Below, in pieces: positions 39,601 to 49,031 of a stretch of 64,000 nt of DNA. Source of the DNA: an uncultured Acidimicrobiaceae bacterium (GTDB lineage Bacteria > Actinomycetota > Acidimicrobiia > Acidimicrobiales > Bog-793); contig CAWGNK010000014.1 in the NCBI GenBank assembly GCA_963823945.1, forward strand, positions 93,112-157,111. Direction: 5' to 3'. The notes under the pieces are model-generated. The model worked only from the letters and a program-made list of their open reading frames with translations. It was not told the origin of the DNA and ran no database searches. The position numbers and the translations under genes are program-made. Within the stretch, counting starts at the first letter, position 1; every line of letters begins with the position of its first letter.

Positions 39601-39822
39601 GTCCTTGACGAATCCCGTGAGGAGGTGCCCGTAGTGGGGCATCCCGTTCGCGAACGGCGGCCCGTCGTAGAAGACGTACTCGTTGTCGACGTCGCGGCAC
39701 TCGACGGAGGCGGCGAAGGTGCCGTCGGTCTGCCAGTAGCGGAGCGTCGCCTCCTCGAGAGCCGGGTAGTCCGGTGTCGCCGGGACAGCGGGGTACGAGT
39801 CCGGCCTCGTTTGTTCTGGCAT
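36610..39822 (-). CDS. ileS: Isoleucine--tRNA ligase (type 2)
   Basis: FYDGPPFANGMPHYGH, GWDCHGLP, WTTTPWTLPSN, DWSISRNRFWGTP, GQTRGWFY, KLSKR. Confidence 0.97.
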   Translation of the reverse strand: MPEQTRPDSYPAVPATPDYPALEEATLRYWQTDGTFAASVECRDVDNEYVFYDGPPFANGMPHYGHLLTGFVKDAMPRYHTMRGRRVERRFGWDCHGLPAEHEVERELGVSGRAQITAYGIDRFNDRCRTSVLRYTAAWERYVTRQGRWVDFENDYKTMDASYMESVIWAFKTLYERGLVYEGLRVLPYCWECETPLSNFETRQDDALRERVDPAVTVAITLDPAPGTSGPAAGEVRALTWTTTPWTLPSNLALAVGASITYAVYERDGVRYLIGESRAAEYGPELAGAELVGTVAGAELVGRTYRPLFGYFAAEPNAFRVLAADFVTTEEGTGIVHMAPGFGEDDQRLCESAGIAVVCPVDDRGCFDETIPELAGTQVFEANERVIERLGESGSLVRREEYVHNYPHCWRSDTPLIYRAMSSFFVEVTAIKDRMVELNRRIHWVPEHVGPGAFGNWLEGTRDWSISRNRFWGTPIPVWKSDDPAYPRVDVYGSLDELEADFGVRPADLHRPGIDALTRPNPDDPTGRSTMRRVEDVLDCWFESGSMPFAQLHYPFENAVRFEEHFPADLICEYVGQTRGWFYTMHVLATALFDRPAFAHCIAHGILLGNDGRKLSKRLKNFPDPEEFFASDGADTMRWYLLSSPVLRGLDAVIEEAAMSEPVRVVLNPIWNSWHFLSLYGRSDGVVGCVRRDQQGLLDRYILAKTRVFLETVTAAFDAYDLAGAAAAYSGFLDALTNWYIRRSRERFWRSFSGDIAADADKTDAYDTLHTVLEVLCRVAAPLLPFLAEEIYRQLSGARSVHLADWPDPEELPADPALVESMDLVREVCSAIHSVRKAAGLRARLPLARVTVAHHGAAGLGPFTDLIAEEVNVKAVTLTPDPEAYAATSLAVVPAAIGPRLGAATQQVIRAVRAGEWEALGDGRIAVAGVVLEPGEFDLRHVPRDPAAGRVIDDERGVVVLDTEPTPELEAEGTARDLVRLVQQARRDADLVISDRIDLVLTVPGDVGAVLSVWGAELRRQTLAESLAVVTADGGAGAPDGAFQGEYELPDGRTVTVCLGRATGAGAPPA

Positions 39823-39841
39823 TGCCCTAGAGTATGCGCCC
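39823..39841. promoter_or_regulatory. Overlapping bidirectional -10 elements for two leaderless genes
   Basis: 19-bp gap; TACTCT (minus, 39834-39829) 6 nt before ileS ATG; TAGAGT (plus, 39828-39833) 8 nt before the DUF167 ATG. Confidence 0.6.
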
Positions 39842-40237
39842 ATGGCAGAGGACCTGTTCGACATCGAGCAGGAGGCGCCGGGCGGGGGATCCAAGGCGAA
39901 AAAGGGCGCCGAGGGGTCGACGATCGTCCTCCGGCTGTATGTGCAGCCCGGCGCAGGCAGAGCCGCCGTGACGGGCACGAGAGGTGACGCGCTCCATGTG
40001 CGGGTCGCCCCGCCACCGGTCGACGGTCGCGCCAACGTCGCTTGCGAGGAGCTCGTCGCCGAGCTGCTCGGGGTCCCGAAGGGGGCAGTCGAACTCGTCG
40101 GCGGGGAACGTAGCCGGATGAAGCGTCTGCGCGTCCGAGGCGTCGAGGTCACCCAGGTCCGGCGCGTGCTCGATGATGCCGTGACGAAGGCCGAAACCCG
40201 CCCCGGTAGCCCGAGGAATGCCCGCGCCAATCGCTGA
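39842..40237 (+). CDS. DUF167/YggU family protein
   Basis: VQPGA, VRVAPPPVDGRAN, GERSRMK. Confidence 0.88.
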   Translation: MAEDLFDIEQEAPGGGSKAKKGAEGSTIVLRLYVQPGAGRAAVTGTRGDALHVRVAPPPVDGRANVACEELVAELLGVPKGAVELVGGERSRMKRLRVRGVEVTQVRRVLDDAVTKAETRPGSPRNARANR

Positions 40238-40311
40238 CGTCACGCGTACGACGGTAGACGTGACGATCGGGTAACCTCATCCCCTCATTCGGAGAGGTGC
40301 ATCAACCCACC

Positions 40312-41382
40312 ATGCCCCACAAGATGACGAAGTCCAGCGGAAGAGCCGACGCAAAGACCGCGACGCACGCCTCGCCGCGGCGTTCGATCGTCGCGCGTGC
40401 GACGAAGGCGGTGGCCAAGACGAGAAAGGCCATCGGCAAGGTCGCGGGTCGCCCCGAGCGACCGGATGCGAAGGCACCCTCGTCGCCCGCGGTGGCGGGC
40501 CGCACGCCGCAACCAGCCCCGGCGAAGGCCGCTGCCCGGGCAGCCGGCCCCGCCCGGAGCGCGCAGAAGAGCGCGACAGGCGCGGCGCCTACTGCGAAGC
40601 GGGCCGCGGCCAAGAAAGTCAGCTCCGCGAGCAAGACGGTCGCGAAGAAGGTCGTCCCCGCGAAGGCGGTCGCGGTGAAGGTCCCAGCCGCGAAGGCGGT
40701 CGCGGTGAAGGCCCCAGCCGCGAAGGCCTCGGCCAAGAAGGTGCCAGCCGCGAAGGCCCCGGCCAAGAAGGCGCCAGTCGCGAAGGCCCCGGCCAAGAAG
40801 GCGCCAGCCGCGAAGGTCCCGGCCAAGAAGGTCCCGGCCAAGAAGGTCCCGGCCAAGAAGTCCGTCGCCGCCGGGGCGAAGTCACCGGCGCGGGGTGGCA
40901 GCCGGACTGCCACGAAGACCGCGGAACTGCCGGCGCGGCGCGCTCCGGGGAAGGTCCCGGCGAAGGCGGCGGCGCGCCCGGCCCCGGTCCGCGCCCCACG
41001 TAAGGGCTACACGGAGGAGCGCTTCCTCAACCACCAGCGCAACGTGCTCGAGCGGGAGCGGGCGACCTACCTCGAACAGGCGAATTCGCTGCAAGAAGAG
41101 GCGGACCTGCTCGTCGCCGAGATGGAGCCGGGGGACATCCAGTTCGACGAGGAGTCAGGCGAGGGCGGGACGGTCGCCGTCGATCGCGAGCGGGATCTCA
41201 CGCTGTCGGCCCAGGCGCTCGAAGGCGTCGTCGAGATAGAGGCGGCGCTGGCGAAGATCGGGAGCGGCAAGTACGGCGTGTGTGAGGGCTGTGGCGAGCT
41301 CATCCCGAAGCCCCGGCTCGAGGCACTGCCGTATGCGCGCCTGTGCATGGCCTGCAAGAGCGGAGGGCTGTCGCGGCGGTGA
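40312..41382 (+). CDS. DksA/TraR C4 zinc-finger protein with histone H1-like Lys/Ala/Pro N-terminus (DdbA-like)
   Basis: PAKK/PAAK repeats, coiled coil, [29 protein letters not shown]; lies between ileS and lspA. Confidence 0.88.
   Translation: MPHKMTKSSGRADAKTATHASPRRSIVARATKAVAKTRKAIGKVAGRPERPDAKAPSSPAVAGRTPQPAPAKAAARAAGPARSAQKSATGAAPTAKRAAAKKVSSASKTVAKKVVPAKAVAVKVPAAKAVAVKAPAAKASAKKVPAAKAPAKKAPVAKAPAKKAPAAKVPAKKVPAKKVPAKKSVAAGAKSPARGGSRTATKTAELPARRAPGKVPAKAAARPAPVRAPRKGYTEERFLNHQRNVLERERATYLEQANSLQEEADLLVAEMEPGDIQFDEESGEGGTVAVDRERDLTLSAQALEGVVEIEAALAKIGSGKYGVCEGCGELIPKPRLEALPYARLCMACKSGGLSRR
40648..40860 (+). repeat. Coding tandem repeat (about 15-bp units encoding K[AV]PA[AK])
   Basis: Repeated aaggccccggccaag / aaggtcccggccaag / aaggcggtcgcggtg units. 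Confidence 0.85.
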
Positions 41383-41888
41383 GCGACGCCGAGCGCCCGG
41401 TTTCCGGGGTACGCAGGTCGCACCGCGTCTGGGTCGTCGCTCTCACGGCGGGCGCGGTCGTCGCCGCGGACCAGACGACGAAGTCGGTTGCCCTGGACCG
41501 GCTGCGGAACGGTCCGATCCACCTCCTCGGGCCGCTGTCGTTCGCGCTGTCGTTCAACTCGGGGGTCGCCTTCTCCCTCGGCTCGGGGTTGACGGTTCCG
41601 ATCCTCGTGATTGGTGCCGTGCTCGTCATCGTTCTGATCTGGTTCGCGCGCGCCGCGCCGAGCTACCCGGTCGCCGTCGGGACCGGTCTGATCCTCGGCG
41701 GGGCGTTGGGGAACCTCGCGGACCGGATCTTCCGCGGGCGCCACGGCGCGGTGGTCGACTTCGTCCATTTCGGGTTCTGGCCGACCTTCAACCTCGCGGA
41801 CTTCTCGATCGTGGTCGGGGCGGTGCTGCTCGTCGCGAGCTTCTGGTGGCGCCTGGCGGAGGCCAAGGAGGACGAGGCCGGCGCGTGA
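41379..41888 (+). CDS. lspA: Lipoprotein signal peptidase II
   Basis: [31 protein letters not shown]. Confidence 0.95.
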   Translation: MSDAERPVSGVRRSHRVWVVALTAGAVVAADQTTKSVALDRLRNGPIHLLGPLSFALSFNSGVAFSLGSGLTVPILVIGAVLVIVLIWFARAAPSYPVAVGTGLILGGALGNLADRIFRGRHGAVVDFVHFGFWPTFNLADFSIVVGAVLLVASFWWRLAEAKEDEAGA

Positions 41889-42838
41889 CGACGACGCTGA
41901 TCGTGCCGGCAGCGCTCGACGGGGAACGCGTCGACCGGGCGGTCGCCCTCGTCACCGGGAGGTCGCGCAGCGTCGTCGCCGCGCTCATCGCCGCCGGCGG
42001 CGTGCGGCTCGCGGGCAGGCCCGTGACCTCGCGCCACGCGCGTGTCGCGGCCGGGGAGAGTCTCGAGATCGGTGCCGAACTTCTAGAGGACGAATCGGCA
42101 CTGTCCGCGGCTCCTGCGGGGAGCGTGCCGTTCGCCGTGGTCTGGGAGGACGCCGACCTCATCATCGTCGACAAGCCGGCCGGTGTGGTCGTCCACCCGG
42201 GGGCCGGTCACCGCACCGGGACGCTGGCGGCGGGGCTCGTCGCGCGGTTCCCGGACCTCGTCGGGGCCGCCGAGGAGGGAGCGGGAAGCCCGCGGCGCCC
42301 CGGGATCGTCCACCGGCTCGACAAGGACACCTCCGGCCTGCTCGTCGTGGCGCGAAACCCCGCCGCCTGGCGGGCGCTGACGGGCCAGCTGTCGGCGCGG
42401 ACGATGGGGCGGATCTACACCGCGCTCGTGCTCGGCAGGCTGGTTGCCGACGAGGGCACGATCGACGCGCCGATCGGGCGTTCGACGCGGGACCGGACGC
42501 GCATGGCGGTGACGGTCGGCGGCCGGGCCGCCCGGACGCGCTACCGGGTGCTCACGCGCTACGTCGAGCCGATGGGGGCGACCCTCGCCGAGGTGACGCT
42601 GGAATCGGGTCGGACCCATCAGATCCGGGTCCATTTTGCGGCGATCGGCCACCCGGTGGCGGGGGACTCGCGCTACGGGGGGGCCTTGGCCCCGGCGGTG
42701 CGCGCCGAGACCGGTTTGCAGCGGCCTTTTCTCCACGCCGGGAAACTGCGCCTCATCCACCCCACGACAGGTGAGACCTGCGAGTGGGAGGCGCCGCTGC
42801 CGGCGGACCTGGTGGAGGTGCTGGCCCGCCTGACCTGA
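41885..42838 (+). CDS. rluD: RluA/RluD family pseudouridine synthase
   Basis: S4-like N-terminus, [31 protein letters not shown]. Confidence 0.92.
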   Translation: MTTTLIVPAALDGERVDRAVALVTGRSRSVVAALIAAGGVRLAGRPVTSRHARVAAGESLEIGAELLEDESALSAAPAGSVPFAVVWEDADLIIVDKPAGVVVHPGAGHRTGTLAAGLVARFPDLVGAAEEGAGSPRRPGIVHRLDKDTSGLLVVARNPAAWRALTGQLSARTMGRIYTALVLGRLVADEGTIDAPIGRSTRDRTRMAVTVGGRAARTRYRVLTRYVEPMGATLAEVTLESGRTHQIRVHFAAIGHPVAGDSRYGGALAPAVRAETGLQRPFLHAGKLRLIHPTTGETCEWEAPLPADLVEVLARLT

Positions 42839-42846
42839 GCAACCGG

Positions 42847-43725
42847 TCAGGCGGCGGTGTGGAAGGTGCTGACCTCGGGTTGGGCTGCGAGCAGGCGGAG
42901 GGCTGAGGTCTCGAGGCTGCGGACCCGGCGGACGCCGATGCCGAGAGCCCGCGCCGTCGACTCGAGCGAGGCGGGGGGTTGACCGCCGAGACCGAAGCGG
43001 AGTCCGACGACCGAGCGCTCGAGCTCGGGCAGGCGCCCGATGGCCTCCTCCAAGCCTTCGCTGGCGATGGTCTCGACGACGTCGTCGGCGACCGACGTGT
43101 CGTCGGCGGCGATGAGGTCGCCCAACGTCGCGTTGGCGTCGGTCGCGACCGGCTGGTCGAGGCTGGCGACGACGCGGGGCAGGTGCCGCTCGTTGCGCTC
43201 ACCGGCTCGCTCGGCCGCGTTCTCGGCGGCGACGGCGTCCTCGGGCAGGCGGATCGCCCGGCCCTTGGACTGCACGGCCCGCTGCAGGGACTGACGGATC
43301 CACCAGGTCGCGTAGGTGGAGAACTTGAAACCGCGCTTCCAGTCGAACTTCTCGACGGCCCGCATCAGGCCGAAGGTGCCCTCCTGGACAAGGTCGGTGA
43401 GATCGACCCCGCGCCCTTGGTACCGGCGGGCCCAGTGCACGACCAGCCGGAGGTTGCCGGCGATCATCTCGTTCTTCGCTACGGCGTCGCCGTGTTCGAT
43501 CCTCTGGGCCAGCGCGACCTGCTCGGCGGCACCCAACAGCGGGTACCGGCCGATGTCGTCCAGGAAGAGCCGCATGATGTCGGGGCCCCCGCTGGCGTGC
43601 TCAACCGCCTCGTCCGCATATGTCGTGGTGATGGCGTCGTCTCCGTTCCTTGCGCCTGGATCTGAGATTCCCGGTCCTCCAGGACGGGCCGGCACCTTGT
43701 CCAACGCCGCGGGGGGCGGATCCAT
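42847..43725 (-). CDS. RNA polymerase sigma-70 factor, RpoD/SigB-like (start uncertain)
   Basis: Region 1.2 (LFLDDIGRYPLL), NLRLVV, DLVQEGTFGLMRAVEKFD, FSTYATWWIRQ, region 4 HTH; no region 1.1. Confidence 0.9.
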   Translation of the reverse strand: MDPPPAALDKVPARPGGPGISDPGARNGDDAITTTYADEAVEHASGGPDIMRLFLDDIGRYPLLGAAEQVALAQRIEHGDAVAKNEMIAGNLRLVVHWARRYQGRGVDLTDLVQEGTFGLMRAVEKFDWKRGFKFSTYATWWIRQSLQRAVQSKGRAIRLPEDAVAAENAAERAGERNERHLPRVVASLDQPVATDANATLGDLIAADDTSVADDVVETIASEGLEEAIGRLPELERSVVGLRFGLGGQPPASLESTARALGIGVRRVRSLETSALRLLAAQPEVSTFHTAA

Positions 43726-43862
43726 TCCATCGCCAGGTAGGGAGGCGGATCCGGGTGCCTCCGGGGCCGCCGGGAGAGGAAGTGGGGCCGGGGTCGGTGG
43801 TCGCCGCCGCCCGCGAGGAGGCGGGAGGGGCCGCTAGGAGGGAGTTTGCGGTCCGGACCGGG

Positions 43863-44309
43863 TCAGGAGCGTGCCGCGCCGGCCGGGAGCGCGTTGCGGG
43901 CGCGCAGGACCACGTCGCTCAGGCGGAACGAGTCGAGGTGGCGCCGCATGTGCTCGCTGACGTCGGCCCAAAGGTCGAGCAGCACGCACTGACCCTCGTG
44001 GTCGCAGGCGCCGTTCTCATGGGGCAGGCCGAAGTCGCCGACGACGATCGGGCCGTCGACCGCCGAGACGATCTCGCCGAGCGTGATCGCCTCGGCCGGC
44101 CGGGCGAGCACGTAGCCACCGCCGACGCCGCGCTTGGAGCGAACGAGCCCGGCGCCTTTGAGCGCGAGCAGGATCTGTTCGAGGTAGGGCTGGGGCAGCC
44201 CCGTCCGCTGGGCGATGTCGCGCACGGATGTCGGCGTGACGCCGTCGTCGCGCAGCGCGAGTGACAAAAGTGCCCGGCAGGCGTAGTCGCCGCGTGTCGA
44301 AACCCTCAC
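43863..44309 (-). CDS. Rrf2 family transcriptional regulator
   Basis: YLEQILL.LK.AGLVRSKRG.GGGY.LAR; C-terminal CDHEGQC; TACCAT 6 nt upstream (leaderless). Confidence 0.93.
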   Translation of the reverse strand: MRVSTRGDYACRALLSLALRDDGVTPTSVRDIAQRTGLPQPYLEQILLALKGAGLVRSKRGVGGGYVLARPAEAITLGEIVSAVDGPIVVGDFGLPHENGACDHEGQCVLLDLWADVSEHMRRHLDSFRLSDVVLRARNALPAGAARS

Positions 44310-44355
44310 TGGCCCATGGTACGGCGCATCCGAGGGCCGTCGTATGCTCTGGCCA

Positions 44356-45528
44356 GTGAACGGGTCGTCGGCTTATCCGGCTGGCGGCGCGGCGACGTGG
44401 GATGTGGACGGGGACCCGGACGAGCCGCTTCGCCCCGACTACGGCGGGGCGTGCCTGACGGAGGTCGTCCCGACGCTGCTCCGGCTCGACGAGCTGCGCG
44501 GGGCCGACGCGCTTCCGGCGTGGCTGCCCGCGCCACTGGCCGGTGCCGGCAAGGTCGTCCTCCTCGTCCTCGACGGCCTCGGCGCGCGCAATCTCGCTGA
44601 GCACCGCGCAGCCACCCCGGTGATGTCGAGCTGCGCGTCGACGACGATCACCTCGGTGGCGCCGACGACGACGGCCGCCGCCCTCACCTCGCTCACGACC
44701 GGGCGGGCGCCGGCGGACCACGGCGTGCTCGGCTACCGCCTGCGGGCCGGGGGTGACGTGCTGAGCGTCCTGCGGTGGACGACCGGCGCGGGCGACGCCC
44801 GTGCCGAGATCCGTCCCCGGGCGTTCCAGCAGGTCGAGCCGTTCCTCGGCCGACGCGTCCCGGTCGTCTCCCACGCCGCCTTCGCCGGTTCGGGCTTCTC
44901 GCAGGCGCACCTCGGGGCGGCGGAACTCTCCGGCTGGCGGGTGAGCTCGTCGATCGCCGTCTTCGTCCAGCGGGCGCTCGCTGCCGGCGCGCCGTTCGTC
45001 TACGCCTACTACGACGGGATCGACAAGGTCGCCCACTCCGAGGGGCTCGGCGACTGCTACGAGGCCGAGCTCGTCGCGGTGGACCGGCTCGTCGAGGACC
45101 TCGCCAACCGCCTGCCGGCAGGGTGCGGCCTCGCGGTCACCTCGGACCACGGCCAGGTCGAGACGGACTCGCCGTCGCTCAGCCTCGATCCGGGCCTCAT
45201 GGAGGACGTGACGGGGCTCTCCGGCGAGGGGAGGTTCCGCTGGCTCCACGTGGCCGACGGGGCGGCCGAACGGGTGGCAGCCGCCGCCCGGGAGGTCTAC
45301 GGCGGGGTCGCCTGGGTGCGCACGCTCGCGGAGATCGACGACGCCGGTTGGTTCGGCCGGCCGCTCTCGGACGCCTTCCGCCGGCGAGTCGGCGACGTCG
45401 CCCTGGTCGCCCGGGGGACGGTCTCCTTCGCCGACCCGGCCGACCCCGGGGAGTTGCGGCTGCGGTCGCGCCACGGCTCGCTCACCCCGGCCGAGGAGCT
45501 CGTGCCGCTGCTGGGGCTGCTGGCGTGA
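44356..45528 (+). CDS. Alkaline phosphatase superfamily / nucleotide pyrophosphatase-like protein
   Basis: LVLDGLG, PTTTAAALTS, DKVAH, TSDHG, HGSLT; GTG start 7 nt after TATGCT. Confidence 0.85.
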   Translation: MNGSSAYPAGGAATWDVDGDPDEPLRPDYGGACLTEVVPTLLRLDELRGADALPAWLPAPLAGAGKVVLLVLDGLGARNLAEHRAATPVMSSCASTTITSVAPTTTAAALTSLTTGRAPADHGVLGYRLRAGGDVLSVLRWTTGAGDARAEIRPRAFQQVEPFLGRRVPVVSHAAFAGSGFSQAHLGAAELSGWRVSSSIAVFVQRALAAGAPFVYAYYDGIDKVAHSEGLGDCYEAELVAVDRLVEDLANRLPAGCGLAVTSDHGQVETDSPSLSLDPGLMEDVTGLSGEGRFRWLHVADGAAERVAAAAREVYGGVAWVRTLAEIDDAGWFGRPLSDAFRRRVGDVALVARGTVSFADPADPGELRLRSRHGSLTPAEELVPLLGLLA

Positions 45529-46055
45529 GGATCTACACGCGCCGGGGCGACGACGGGACGACGTCGCTGCGTGGCGGCACCCGGGTCCCCAAGTCCCACG
45601 GCCTCGTCGAGGCGCTCGGCGCCCTCGACGAGGCCCAGGCGGCGCTCGGCGTCGCCCGCGCCGAGTGTCCGCGGGGCGGTACCCTTGACGACCTGCTGGC
45701 AGGTCTCGAACGCGACCTGTGGGCCGTGATGGGCGAGGTGGCGGCGCCCGGCGGCGGCAAGGAGACGGTCACGCCGGCGATGGTCGCCGGGCTCGAGGTG
45801 CTGATCGACGCCCACGCGGCGGGACTCGGCCGGATCGACGGGTTCGCCCTGCCGGGCGAGAACCGCCTGGCCGCGGCGCTCGACGCGGCGCGCACGGTGG
45901 TGCGGCGCGCCGAGCGGCGTCTGGTGGCGGTGGAGGGGAACGGGGCGGGTGAGGTCCTCGCCTACGTGAACCGGCTTTCGGATCTGTGTTGGGCACTCGC
46001 CAGGGAGGCCGAAGGCGCCGTCCGGCCCGCCCGTGAGAAGAGGGAAGAGGGCTGA
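45525..46055 (+). CDS. PduO-type cob(I)alamin adenosyltransferase
   Basis: RIYTRRGDDGTT, GALDE, ARTVVRRAERR, YVNRLSD. Confidence 0.92.
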   Translation: MRIYTRRGDDGTTSLRGGTRVPKSHGLVEALGALDEAQAALGVARAECPRGGTLDDLLAGLERDLWAVMGEVAAPGGGKETVTPAMVAGLEVLIDAHAAGLGRIDGFALPGENRLAAALDAARTVVRRAERRLVAVEGNGAGEVLAYVNRLSDLCWALAREAEGAVRPAREKREEG

Positions 46056-46060
46056 GGGCG

Positions 46061-47560
46061 ATGACCCTGGCAGTGGAGGGTGCGGCGGCGGTTCCAGGAG
46101 ATGTCGCGGCGCGGGCGAGGCCGATCTTCACCGGCCCGGTCGCGCCGGACGGGTCGTTGCCGGCCGATGCGACCCCGCTCGCGCGACAGGGGTGCACCGG
46201 CGCGGCGGGCGAGACGGCGACGTTCATCGCTCCCGACGGCGTGCTCGAGGTCGTCGTCGGGATGGGCAAGCTGGGCGAGCTCGACGCCGAGGCGTGCCGC
46301 CGGGCCGGGGCGGCGCTCGCCCTGGCGGCCGAGCACTGCGACTCGGCCGGTTTCGACGTGTCCGGCGTGGCGCGCGGGCCGCTCGATCCGGCCCGGGTCG
46401 GCTGTGCCGTCACCGAGGGGGTGCTCCTCGGCGCGTACCGGTTCAACCGCCTGAAAAGCGAGCCCAAGGTGCCTCGTCTGCGCCGCGTCGTGCTCGCCGG
46501 CCCGGACGCCGCCGGGCTCGGCGCGGGGTGCGCCCGCGGCGAGATCACCGCGGGGGCGGTGGTGTTCTGCCGTGACCTCGTGAACACCCCGGCGGGTGAG
46601 CTCACGCCGGCCGCCTTCGCCGAGATCGCCCGCGGCGAGGGGAGCCGGCAGGGATTCGCGGTCGAGACCTGGGGACCCGAGGAGATCGCCGCGGCGGGTC
46701 TCGGGGGCCTCACGGGCGTCGCGCAGGGCTCGGCGGAGCCGCCGCAGCTCGTGCGGGGCGAGTACCGGCCCGACGACCCCGCGGCGCCCACCGTGGCGCT
46801 TGTCGGCAAGGGGATCACCTTCGACTCCGGGGGGCTGTCGCTGAAGCCGGCCGGGTCGATGATGACGATGAAGTACGACATGAGCGGCGCGGCCGCGGTG
46901 CTCGCCGTGCTCGGCGCCTGCCGCCGTCTCGGCGTCGGCGTGCGCGTGGTCGGCATCATGCCGATGACGGAGAACATGCCTGGCGGGCGGGCGATCAAGC
47001 CCGGCGACGTCGTGCGGATCCGCAACGGCAAGACGATCGAGGTGCTGAACACCGACTGCGAGGGGCGGCTCGTGCTGGCGGACGGCCTCTGCCTGGCGGC
47101 CGAGGAGTCGCCCGACGCGATCGTCGACGTCGCGACGCTCACCGGAGCCGTCGTGGTCGCGCTCGGGAGGCGGATCGCCGGGCTGATGGGCAACGACGAC
47201 CGGCTGCTTGCGGCGATGGAGGTTGCGGCCGCCCGCGCCGGCGAGCCGCTCTGGCGCCTGCCGCTGCCCGCCGGCTACCGCTCGGGCTTCGACTCGGAGG
47301 TGGCCGACATGAAGAACCTCGGCGTCCCCGGTGAGGCTGCCACCCTCGTCGCCGGGCTGCTCCTCGAGGAGTTCGTCGGCGCGACGCCCTGGGCGCACCT
47401 CGACGTCGCCGGTCCGGCCCGCGCCGAGGAGGCCAACGGCTACGTCCGCAAGGGCGGCACGGGGTTCGGCGTGCGGACGCTGCTCGAACTGCTCGCGGCC
47501 TACGAAGCGCTGGGTGGCGCCGCGGGCGCCACGGCCGCCGGGAGGGAGTTGCTGCGATGA
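46061..47560 (+). CDS. pepA: Leucyl aminopeptidase (M17)
   Basis: VGKGITFDSGG, MKYDMSG, NTDCEGRLVLAD, ATLTGA, HLDVAG. Confidence 0.94.
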   Translation: MTLAVEGAAAVPGDVAARARPIFTGPVAPDGSLPADATPLARQGCTGAAGETATFIAPDGVLEVVVGMGKLGELDAEACRRAGAALALAAEHCDSAGFDVSGVARGPLDPARVGCAVTEGVLLGAYRFNRLKSEPKVPRLRRVVLAGPDAAGLGAGCARGEITAGAVVFCRDLVNTPAGELTPAAFAEIARGEGSRQGFAVETWGPEEIAAAGLGGLTGVAQGSAEPPQLVRGEYRPDDPAAPTVALVGKGITFDSGGLSLKPAGSMMTMKYDMSGAAAVLAVLGACRRLGVGVRVVGIMPMTENMPGGRAIKPGDVVRIRNGKTIEVLNTDCEGRLVLADGLCLAAEESPDAIVDVATLTGAVVVALGRRIAGLMGNDDRLLAAMEVAAARAGEPLWRLPLPAGYRSGFDSEVADMKNLGVPGEAATLVAGLLLEEFVGATPWAHLDVAGPARAEEANGYVRKGGTGFGVRTLLELLAAYEALGGAAGATAAGRELLR

Positions 47561-48345
47561 CAAGCGAGGGAAGCGGCGGCGAGACGCCGCACCGGCCGTA
47601 CACGCTGTCGATCGACGCCGGCGGGAGCGGCCTGAAGGCCTCGGTGCTCGACACGGGCGAGCACCTTGTCGCCGACCGGGTGAGCGTGCCGACGCCGTAT
47701 CCGCTGCCGCCGGAGCGGTTTGTCGCCACCCTCGTCGAGCTCGTCCGCCCCCTGCCGGCCCACGACCGCGTCTCGGTCGGGCTCCCCGGGGTCGTGCGGC
47801 GGGGTCGCATGCTCACGGAGCCGCAGTTCGTGACGGAGCGGGGGCTCGGCTCACGGATCGACCCGGACCTCGTCGCCGCCTGGTCGGGGTTCGACCTCGT
47901 GGGGGCGCTCGCCGCGGCCTTCGGGAAGCCGACCCGGGTCGCCAACGACGCCGACCTGCAGGGTCTCGCCGTCGTCGGGGGCACGGGTCTCGAGCTCGTC
48001 GTGACGTTCGGGACCGGGGTCGGGACCGCCCTTTTCTACGAGGGCGTGCTCCTGCCGCACCTCGAGCTCGCCCACCAGCCGTTCCGCAACGGCCAGACCT
48101 ACAACCAGCAGCTCGGCGAGGCGCCGCTCCGGCGCATCGGCCCGCGCAGGTGGCGCCGACGCGTCATGGTTGCGCTCGAGAACTTCCGGGTGCTCACGAA
48201 CTTCGACCACTGCTACCTCGGCGGTGGGAACTCGCGCCACCTGCGGGGGGCCGTGCACGAGCCGTACACCGTCGTCGACAACCTGGCCGGCATCATCGGC
48301 GGGGTGCGCCTCTGGGACGAGACGCGTTGGCTGGAGCGGTTCTAG
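47557..48345 (+). CDS. ROK family kinase (polyphosphate glucokinase-like)
   Basis: IDAGGSGLKA, NDADLQG, FGTGVGTAL, ELAH, LGGGN. Confidence 0.85.
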   Translation: MTSEGSGGETPHRPYTLSIDAGGSGLKASVLDTGEHLVADRVSVPTPYPLPPERFVATLVELVRPLPAHDRVSVGLPGVVRRGRMLTEPQFVTERGLGSRIDPDLVAAWSGFDLVGALAAAFGKPTRVANDADLQGLAVVGGTGLELVVTFGTGVGTALFYEGVLLPHLELAHQPFRNGQTYNQQLGEAPLRRIGPRRWRRRVMVALENFRVLTNFDHCYLGGGNSRHLRGAVHEPYTVVDNLAGIIGGVRLWDETRWLERF

Positions 48346-48367
48346 GGCCCTCCGGCCAGGGCGTGCG

Positions 48368-48928
48368 CTAGGACGCGAGCCAGGCCGGCGCGGCGTCTAG
48401 CAGGAAGCGGCTGACGGCGAGCGTGCGGTCGAAGGCGTCGCACAGGAGCTCCTCGCCGGCCAGCACGCGTGCGAGCGAGACGTCCCGGTGGGCGACGATG
48501 GTCAGCCGTCGCACCGGGGGGTCGGTCACCGAGCCGAAGGAGTCCGTCGCCGAGATCTCGAGGGGGAGCTCGATGCCGCCGACCCCGGCGAGGTCGATCG
48601 CGAGCCGCAACAGGTCCGGCCCGTGCGGCAGCGGTGGGATGCCCCAGGTGAAGGTCAACGGGAAGGTCCACTTGTCCGGCGGCTCGGCGTCGTCGGGCAG
48701 CGCCACGACGGCGTCCTCGAAGTCGAGGAGCGTGCGCGGGTCGACCTCGAGCGCCAGGTGGAGGTCGATCGGACCGCCGCAGCCCTCCTCGGGGTGGAGG
48801 TCGACCTCCCAGAACTGGCGCAGTGAGTAGGTCTCGACGAAGTGCCGCTCGTCGTGCACGTGGAAGCCGTGCTCGACCGCGTGGTCCTTCAGTTCGGCGA
48901 CGTAGCCGGCGACATCGATGACCGCCAT
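48368..48928 (-). CDS. Hypothetical protein
   Basis: 186-aa ORF with native codon bias (MAVIDVAGYVAELKDHAVEHGFHVHDERHFVETYS...). Confidence 0.75.
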   Translation of the reverse strand: MAVIDVAGYVAELKDHAVEHGFHVHDERHFVETYSLRQFWEVDLHPEEGCGGPIDLHLALEVDPRTLLDFEDAVVALPDDAEPPDKWTFPLTFTWGIPPLPHGPDLLRLAIDLAGVGGIELPLEISATDSFGSVTDPPVRRLTIVAHRDVSLARVLAGEELLCDAFDRTLAVSRFLLDAAPAWLAS

Positions 48929-49031
48929 CGATCTGCGAGTGTAGGCGGCGGGCCGCGGGCGCTCGCCGACCGCCGTCACCCGCCCGGCCGGAGTTCGGAT
49001 CGCCCCCTTCCCAGCCGGTAACCTGCGGGCG

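Noticed and set aside
40648-40860. Tandem repeats as a CRISPR array
   Set aside because: In-frame coding repeats without unique spacers; no cas genes in the window
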